A stretch of DNA of 33,534 nucleotides from Promethearchaeota archaeon (GTDB lineage: Archaea > Asgardarchaeota > Lokiarchaeia > Sigyniarchaeales > SOKP01). A program made the position numbers and the translations under genes. Location: contig SDNY01000030.1 of the NCBI GenBank assembly GCA_004524535.1, positions 1-33,534 of the forward strand, written 5' to 3'. Position 1 is the first letter of the stretch; each line of letters starts with the position of its first letter. Below, one piece after another: positions 27,522-33,534 of this stretch. The notes below the pieces were generated by a model. The model ran no database searches. It was not told where the DNA came from and saw nothing but the letters and a program-made list of their open reading frames with translations.

Positions 27522-28799
27522 ATGTTTAAACATCTTAAAATGTTCAATAAAATTGAAGATTGGCTCAAAGAACAACAAAAAAAGTTTCAACAATGGAAAG
27601 AAGAACAAGAACGACGTCAAAGACAATGGAAGAACAAAACGGATAAATTGATCCCACCTAGTTTAAAAAAACTTGTGGAAATGTATCCATTAATCAAAAA
27701 TATGGAATTTTATAACCCATTATTGATCAATCCTGAAGAAGAAAGTGAATTTTCACGGAATTTGGACGATAAAAATTACATAAAAGAAATACATGCAGAA
27801 TTGATTGAAAAGTTATATAAAAATTCAATTATTAGCCGTGATGGTGAAAATGGAAGAAAAATTCGACCAGCAACTACAGAAGAATTAAAAGAGTATCATA
27901 ATAAAAAGACCGACAAAACTAAAATTTGGAGAATAAAGGATGCCTTTAATATTATAAGTTCGTATATTGGGCTCCCGGAAATCAAAGCTCATCATTTAAA
28001 AAGTATGGGTGCAAAATTGGGTTCAAAAGTGTATCTTTCCTCTAGCAATGTTGTAGATCCTTATTTTCCAGAGTTAGTTGACATTGGTGATAATGTCGTT
28101 ATGGGAATGGGCGCCTCAATTTTTTGTCATGAATTTATTGATGGGGAATTATTCGTGGGTGAAGTTAAAATCGGAAAGAATTGTCTCATTGGTTTTGGTT
28201 CCATTGTCTTACCTGGCACTCAAATGGGAGATAATTCTATTTTAACTCCAGGTTTTTTAACATCGGATTTAAAAGAAAATACAATGGCGAAAGGACTTGA
28301 TGGCTCCATTAGGATTGAAAAAAATGTAAATAAAAATTTACCAAAAAGAAGAGTTGAAAGCCTAGATTTTACACTACATGATTATATGAGCAAATTAATA
28401 TTTCCGAAAGGCGATTATTTCAAGACCATGTTTAATAATATGTATATCGAATGGCAAAAATCGCCATTAGTAAGTCAGAGTTTTAGACAAACTCTTTTAA
28501 GAAAAGCGGGAGTTAACATAGGAAAAAGTGTTAAAATTGAAGATAACGTTCATTTTGACACCTATTATCCTGAAAAAATTACAATTGAAGAAGGTGTTAT
28601 AATAAAAAGCGGTGCAACGATCGTTACTCACGAAGGAACTGTCTCTAATTTTAGAACTGGGAATGTAGAAATTGGAAAAAACGTAGTTATTGAATCTGGT
28701 GCAAAATTATTACCTGGAGTGAAAATTGGAAAGAACTCAAAAATCTTTGCCTACGCTTTTGTTGATCGTGATATTCCTCCAGACTCTGAGTTTTTCTGA
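27522..28799 (+). CDS. Acyltransferase-like protein with two left-handed beta-helix (hexapeptide) domains
   Basis: Two repeats of G..(L/I)G..V...D.Y(F/Y)PE...I...V.......I..HE......G.V.IGKN..I...LPG. ATG 27540 may be the true start. Confidence 0.85.
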   Translation: MFKHLKMFNKIEDWLKEQQKKFQQWKEEQERRQRQWKNKTDKLIPPSLKKLVEMYPLIKNMEFYNPLLINPEEESEFSRNLDDKNYIKEIHAELIEKLYKNSIISRDGENGRKIRPATTEELKEYHNKKTDKTKIWRIKDAFNIISSYIGLPEIKAHHLKSMGAKLGSKVYLSSSNVVDPYFPELVDIGDNVVMGMGASIFCHEFIDGELFVGEVKIGKNCLIGFGSIVLPGTQMGDNSILTPGFLTSDLKENTMAKGLDGSIRIEKNVNKNLPKRRVESLDFTLHDYMSKLIFPKGDYFKTMFNNMYIEWQKSPLVSQSFRQTLLRKAGVNIGKSVKIEDNVHFDTYYPEKITIEEGVIIKSGATIVTHEGTVSNFRTGNVEIGKNVVIESGAKLLPGVKIGKNSKIFAYAFVDRDIPPDSEFF

Positions 28800-28850
28800 C
28801 ATAATCCCTCACTCTTTTTGTTTATTTAAAAAAAAATAAATTAGAAGTTC

Positions 28851-29267
28851 CTAACTTTCTTTAGTTTTAGCACCTTCTTGATCGTTTTTGCTTAGCTTAA
28901 GAAAACCTCCAGATAACACACCCAACAATATAGTAAGGGAAATGGCGATAGCAAGTAAAAACAGATTCCCCGGCACGAGTAATGCCCAACATACCCAAAC
29001 AACTGCTATTGAAGCACCTAACAGATCGCCAACTAATCTTTTATAATTATACAAATCTTCCTTGTTTTCTTCATCTTTTTTGCTTAGCTTAAGAAAACCA
29101 TCAGATAATACACCCAACAAGATAGTAAGGGAAATAGCAACAGCGAGTAACAGCAAAACAGATCCAATCATAACAACAACGAGAAAAACAAACATTATCC
29201 AAACAACTGCTACAGCTGCACCCAACACTTCGCCAACTAATCTTTTATAATTATACAAATCTTTCAC
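28851..29267 (-). CDS. Membrane protein made of two tandem 2-TM units
   Basis: DLYNYKRLVG...AISLTILLGVLS.GFLKLSK occurs twice; GTG start after GGAGA. Confidence 0.82.
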   Translation of the reverse strand: MKDLYNYKRLVGEVLGAAVAVVWIMFVFLVVVMIGSVLLLLAVAISLTILLGVLSDGFLKLSKKDEENKEDLYNYKRLVGDLLGASIAVVWVCWALLVPGNLFLLAIAISLTILLGVLSGGFLKLSKNDQEGAKTKES

Positions 29268-29391
29268 TCTCCAATTTTTTTTCTATTTCTTTATTATTTA
29301 TAATCCTTAAAAAAGTGTCATATTACTATATAGAGAAAATACACATATTTTTTTATATTGATTATAATAAAAAAAAAGAGAATAAAAGTAC

Positions 29392-29428
29392 TCATGGTAA
29401 AAAGGCCAATAAATCTCTTGTTAGATTT
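29392..29428 (-). pseudogene. R5: degenerate copy of the 3' end of gene 31849..32295 (shorter third copy at 27116-27138)
   Basis: TCATGGTAAAAAGG.CAATA..TCTC.TGTTA, 31/37 vs 31849-31885. Confidence 0.75.
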
Positions 29429-30950
29429 ATTTAGTTGCCTCAGGTATTAAAATTACAAAATTACATCCCTTCGAATAATTACCTTTTACCCTATCTTCAA
29501 TCCATATCTTCCCCTCAAAGAGATCAATAATTTTTTTTACAAGCGACAATCCTAACCCCATTCCTAATATGCTCCTATCATAGCGGATTTCTTTTTGAAA
29601 TAATCCCTTTTTTCTCTTATCATCTATTCCTTTTCCGTTATCCATTAATTCAATTTTTAAGTAATTTTTGTTTTTTAAGTGTTCCCTTGATATTTTTGTA
29701 ATGATCTCTAATGGTCTATTTTCATTATGTTTTACTGCATTCATTAAAATATTCTCAAACACTTCTCCTATAAGATCGTTTGCATAAGCATAGAAATGGT
29801 TCTCCCTATATTCTACTTTAATGGTTAAATCTCTTTCTTGAAATGCGTTCTCAACATGTTTTATCGTTTCGTTTAAAATATGACTAATTTCAATGGGTAA
29901 AAATGTTTTTTCTAATTCTTCAATTTCAGAAAACTTAATTACATTTGAAACTAAATTTGCCCCATCTATAAGTTGGTTCTCAATTAATTTAATTTTTTTA
30001 TTAAGATCTTCATATTTTTCAGAAGATTTAATCAACTTTCGACAACTCCCCACTCCAAATAAGATGACCTGTAAAAGATTATTAATATCGTGAGCAATCA
30101 GGTCTTTAAGAACATTAGCTTGATTATAGGCTTCTTTAAATTTATTCTTTGATATATTTAATTTTCTGAATAAAAGATTCACAGGATTTTTGAGAGCAAT
30201 CTGAATCATGGCTTTATAGAGGAAATAAAATGCAATGATTTTAAAAACATGACCAATTAAGTTTGGGAGTTCATACGCGCTTAAATATAGGGTAAAACAG
30301 AATTCTGAAATGATTAAAGCCACTAAAAAAGCGATAATCAAATAATAAATGTTTCTACTAAATTCCGCTCTCGTTCTATGAATTAAAATAATCGCAACGA
30401 TTAAAATCAAGATGATAATATATTCGCTTATAATTTTAAATGGTGTCAACCCAGATCCTTCAATGAATGTATCGGGAAATAATCCTATAAATATTATAAT
30501 TATGAAAATGCCAGAGATAATACTATAAATCACCAACAAAATGCTCGGTTTCACTTTTCTATTAATTGACCAAATCCCAAGTAAGATTGAAAATGCTTGC
30601 ATGAATCTGGTAACAATCCATAATTGAGATGCAAGATTGGTATCTCCCCCATAAATTATCCCCATTCCTGGATAAGCTAAGGTATGGATAAAATCAATCA
30701 TCGCAATAAAAAATGAGGATATCCCGAGTACTAAAAAAAATGTACTATCAATCTCCTTTCTCATCGTCCAGGCAATCACAAATATTACAGAAGCTATCAC
30801 AATACTATAAAGCTCTGCAATAGTATGAAAAAGTAGATAATTGTAAAGCCTTGTTAAAATTACTCCAATTAAAATTAAACTAAAAAGACCACTCTCTAAA
30901 AAAGCCTTCTTAACAATAATTAATTTTCTCATGGAATCAAGCCTTAACAA
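29427..30950 (-). CDS. Sensor histidine kinase with MASE3-type membrane domain
   Basis: YNYLLFHTIAE..S, DFIHTLAYPGM, H-box AHDINN, N-box ENILMNAVKH, DNGKGI, GMGLGLSLV. ATG 30932 is an alternative start. Confidence 0.92.
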   Translation of the reverse strand: MLRLDSMRKLIIVKKAFLESGLFSLILIGVILTRLYNYLLFHTIAELYSIVIASVIFVIAWTMRKEIDSTFFLVLGISSFFIAMIDFIHTLAYPGMGIIYGGDTNLASQLWIVTRFMQAFSILLGIWSINRKVKPSILLVIYSIISGIFIIIIFIGLFPDTFIEGSGLTPFKIISEYIIILILIVAIILIHRTRAEFSRNIYYLIIAFLVALIISEFCFTLYLSAYELPNLIGHVFKIIAFYFLYKAMIQIALKNPVNLLFRKLNISKNKFKEAYNQANVLKDLIAHDINNLLQVILFGVGSCRKLIKSSEKYEDLNKKIKLIENQLIDGANLVSNVIKFSEIEELEKTFLPIEISHILNETIKHVENAFQERDLTIKVEYRENHFYAYANDLIGEVFENILMNAVKHNENRPLEIITKISREHLKNKNYLKIELMDNGKGIDDKRKKGLFQKEIRYDRSILGMGLGLSLVKKIIDLFEGKIWIEDRVKGNYSKGCNFVILIPEATK

Positions 30951-31155
30951 TTAAGAGAAGGATTTATGATAATTTTTATATTTGTTAAATATAACCAATA
31001 TAATTAAAATAAATATATATACATACTTGTATAAGATTATATAAAATATTTATCCTCCCCACCTGCTATCAATTATAATTATTCTATTTTTCACTCCCCT
31101 CCTTTCACTTATTCCAAGAAATAAAAAAGGGGATTATAAAATAGGAACCTAAAAA

Positions 31156-31722
31156 TTAATTATTACAATAAGCTACAAATTTCTGAGGATCTCTAGCATA
31201 TCCCCTCTTATCAATTCCGCCACATTGTTTTAATACCTCATTTGGAATGGGATTATCCCCAATTCTTAGCTCAATAAGAGAATCAAGCGATCCAAGACCT
31301 TCTATAGTTCTTATTACATTTCCATATAAATTGAGCTTCTTGAGATTCTTCAAATTGCTAAGACCTTGAATTTTCTCAATTCTATTATCCTCTAACGATA
31401 AGTTTTCTAACGCTTTCAAATGATCTAACTCTTTAATTTCCTTAATTCTATTTTCAGAAAGATAAAGTATCCGTAAATTAATTAATTTATCTAATTTAGC
31501 GATCTCTTCTATATTATTCCCATATAAATTTAATTTCTCCAAATTATGGCACATATCCAAGTTCTTAATCGTTGAAATACGGTTATTAAAAAGATTTAGA
31601 CTTTTTAAATTTGGCAGGCTTTCTAACCCCTTGATTTGCGCAATATCCTCTATTTGCATATTACCCAAATATAAGCTCTCTTTATCTACTTCTATTCTCT
31701 GATTATTCACTTCAACAAACAT
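31156..31722 (-). CDS. SDS22-like leucine-rich repeat protein
   Basis: 22-aa LxxLxLxxNxIxxIxxLxxLxx repeats (about 6). Confidence 0.92.
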   Translation of the reverse strand: MFVEVNNQRIEVDKESLYLGNMQIEDIAQIKGLESLPNLKSLNLFNNRISTIKNLDMCHNLEKLNLYGNNIEEIAKLDKLINLRILYLSENRIKEIKELDHLKALENLSLEDNRIEKIQGLSNLKNLKKLNLYGNVIRTIEGLGSLDSLIELRIGDNPIPNEVLKQCGGIDKRGYARDPQKFVAYCNN

Positions 31723-31848
31723 GATCTATATAAATGGCTTCTATTTATACTTAGAAATACCTTAACTTAAAAAAATTAAGTGCTTAAACATCAAATTATA
31801 TCCTTTCCTTTTTCAATATATCATTCCTACTTATATAAAAAAAATGAA

Positions 31849-32295
31849 TCATGGTAAAAAGGTCAATATCTCTCGTGTTAAATCTCCAATAAGAACTTTA
31901 GCTTGTTTTAAAGAATAGCCTCGCATTTTGTAATCTTCAACAAGGGGATTTAATTGTCCTTCACTTAATCTCGATATCAATAACACTGCTCCAAGACATT
32001 CGCCAAACACCTTTTCAACCAATTCGCAAGTAAAACTTCCATCTTCTTCTTTTTTCCATTCACGAGAATACCCCTTAATTAAAGCAGGAGACCATGGGAC
32101 TGGTGTCCCCAAAAGATCACTTAATATATCTGCCTTCATATATTTATCCCAAATAAATACTAGATCTTTCTTATCCACCTCATTAGGGCTAATTTCTTGT
32201 TCAGGAACATGAACTATTGAAGTTGCATAAGGCTGGTAAAAACCAAACCAACACATCGTTAAAGGCTGCTCTTCCTCCTCAGTCAATTTATCCAC
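31849..32295 (-). CDS. Hypothetical protein
   Basis: 148-aa ORF, GTG start, no motif recognised. Confidence 0.7.
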   Translation of the reverse strand: MDKLTEEEEQPLTMCWFGFYQPYATSIVHVPEQEISPNEVDKKDLVFIWDKYMKADILSDLLGTPVPWSPALIKGYSREWKKEEDGSFTCELVEKVFGECLGAVLLISRLSEGQLNPLVEDYKMRGYSLKQAKVLIGDLTREILTFLP

Positions 32296-32418
32296 ACCTG
32301 TAAGTTTTCATCATTTTTATATCATTGTTTTAATAAATATTAAATCCAAAAAAATTTAAATAATTATAATGTGTAGTTATAAAATAAAAACCTAAAAAAA
32401 AGCGAGCGAATCGAAAGA

Positions 32419-32793
32419 ATGCCTGTTTCAGATATTTTAACTTTTCCCCATTTCTGGGTCATGCTGATTGGAATAGCGCTTTTGGCACTTTCAATCATTG
32501 TAGTAACAATCCACAAACCGGAGAAATGGTTTTTATTCCATAAAACCTTCGCAGTGGCAGGAGTAATTCTTACTCTAATCGGCCTTCTTGTATTGATGGG
32601 ATTAAATTTGATTTTAATTCATGCGATTTTCGGGTTAGTTGTCATAGTCTGGTTAATTGGCGAAATATTAGGTGGCTACGTTGCGTCTAAAAAGCAGGAT
32701 AAAAATATGCGAAAAATGCACATTTTGGCTGGTCGAATAGTGTTCCTCATTGCTATAATTGTGCTGATATTCGGAATTTTAGCTTTTATCTAA
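32419..32793 (+). CDS. Minimal cytochrome b561-like 4-TM protein
   Basis: One His at the start of each TM: PHFWVM, WFLFHK, IHAIFG, MHILAGR. Confidence 0.75.
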   Translation: MPVSDILTFPHFWVMLIGIALLALSIIVVTIHKPEKWFLFHKTFAVAGVILTLIGLLVLMGLNLILIHAIFGLVVIVWLIGEILGGYVASKKQDKNMRKMHILAGRIVFLIAIIVLIFGILAFI

Positions 32794-32820
32794 TTTTTTC
32801 AATTTTTTTTTTAAGGTCTC

Positions 32821-33534
32821 TTAATTAATTTTATTTAATGTTTCTTTAAGAATTTCTGCTATTCGATCTATTTGTAACGAGATTATTCTCTTTCCCTCCT
32901 CTGAGCTTGCGAATTCACGGGGATCCTTGCCCATAAGTCCAAGTGGTTTTACATCCTTATCTTTTGGAAGATTTTCTATTTTGACGAGATCTGGTCTCAA
33001 AGCCATCATAAGGGATGTTTCATTTGCCGCAGCATGATCCGTTTGTATTCCAAGCCCATCTGATTCTTTATCTCGCCAGCATGTAAAAAGATCAAGCCCT
33101 AATTCACCCTTCCACTTCTTAATACCCGAATAAAAAGCCATGGTAGAGGGACCATGTCCATGGGCGACAACAATTTTAAATCCTGCTCTTTTAAGCTGTT
33201 TTAAGATTTCTTCAAGAACTTCCCTAAAAAGCCTTTTATTTACCCAATAAGCACTACCTAAAAGTTTTTGAGGGTGGTGCTCGGGATAACTATGAATATC
33301 CATCCCATAATATTCCTTTCCATCCACATCTCTTGATTTGTCGGGGCCTATAAAAAGCATTGGAAGAACAATGCCCCCCACTTTTTTCGCAAGTTCCATA
33401 AAAAATCCAGAAGATATCAATCCATCTGCTCCCAATGGCATATGCCGACCATGCCATTCAAGAGTGCCTAAAGGTAAATAGGCAATCGGAACCTTTGATA
33501 ACCGTTCTTTAAATTCCTCAGGTGTTAACTCTAC
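32821..33534 (-). CDS. Creatininase / creatinine amidohydrolase family (5' end outside window)
   Basis: Frame open to window edge: ELTPEEF...AYLPLGTLEWHGRHMPLGAD, AHGHGP, DHAAANETS. Confidence 0.92.
   Translation of the reverse strand, partial: VELTPEEFKERLSKVPIAYLPLGTLEWHGRHMPLGADGLISSGFFMELAKKVGGIVLPMLFIGPDKSRDVDGKEYYGMDIHSYPEHHPQKLLGSAYWVNKRLFREVLEEILKQLKRAGFKIVVAHGHGPSTMAFYSGIKKWKGELGLDLFTCWRDKESDGLGIQTDHAAANETSLMMALRPDLVKIENLPKDKDVKPLGLMGKDPREFASSEEGKRIISLQIDRIAEILKETLNKIN

Noticed and set aside
272-30093. Many short overlapping or antisense ORFs in the track (e.g. 272..514, 648..1019, 8317..8541, 17664..18011, 20644..21015, 23211..23642)
   Set aside because: Shadows of well-supported genes with no motifs of their own.
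25258-31885. Classical integron or IS-derived array
   Set aside because: No attC-like inverted R/L boxes, terminal inverted repeats, tyrosine recombinase or transposase seen. Kept only as an unexplained hotspot.

Overview
AT-rich prokaryotic chromosomal window. It is most likely from an Asgard archaeon of the Lokiarchaeia type. This is an inference from the tandem Rab-like small GTPases, stand-alone 7TM proteins, coiled-coil/Zn-ribbon proteins, an SDS22-like LRR protein, TATA-box-like promoters and archaeal HEPN-MNT and VapBC modules. There are about 35 CDS: SDR, OYE-type flavin oxidoreductase, ferredoxin + aldehyde:ferredoxin oxidoreductase, an ICMT-like methyltransferase, a polyferredoxin-like protein, haloalkane dehalogenase, MBL, CocE/NonD and HSL-type hydrolases, a radical SAM-HhH + DUF4130-like DNA modification/repair pair, a DUF401-like membrane protein, a double-LbH acyltransferase, a MASE3 histidine kinase, a cytochrome b561-like protein and a partial creatininase. 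I saw no rRNA, tRNA, CRISPR array or recognisable transposase/integrase. The most striking non-genic structure lies at about 23-33.5 kb. Here the intergenic DNA is a patchwork of 20-130 bp direct-repeat copies of neighbouring promoters and gene pieces. One junction sequence recurs three times (25258, 26154, 27145), starting next to an RNase HII-like gene, and small cargo genes (membrane protein, VapBC, Zn-finger, His kinase + LRR) sit between the repeats. This looks like an iterative duplication or gene-capture hotspot. Other highlights are two recent tandem gene duplications (7TM, GTPase), a histone H1-like Lys-rich repeat protein, an un-annotated His/Cys-rich 54-aa ORF, and an AOR with non-canonical cluster and catalytic residues.
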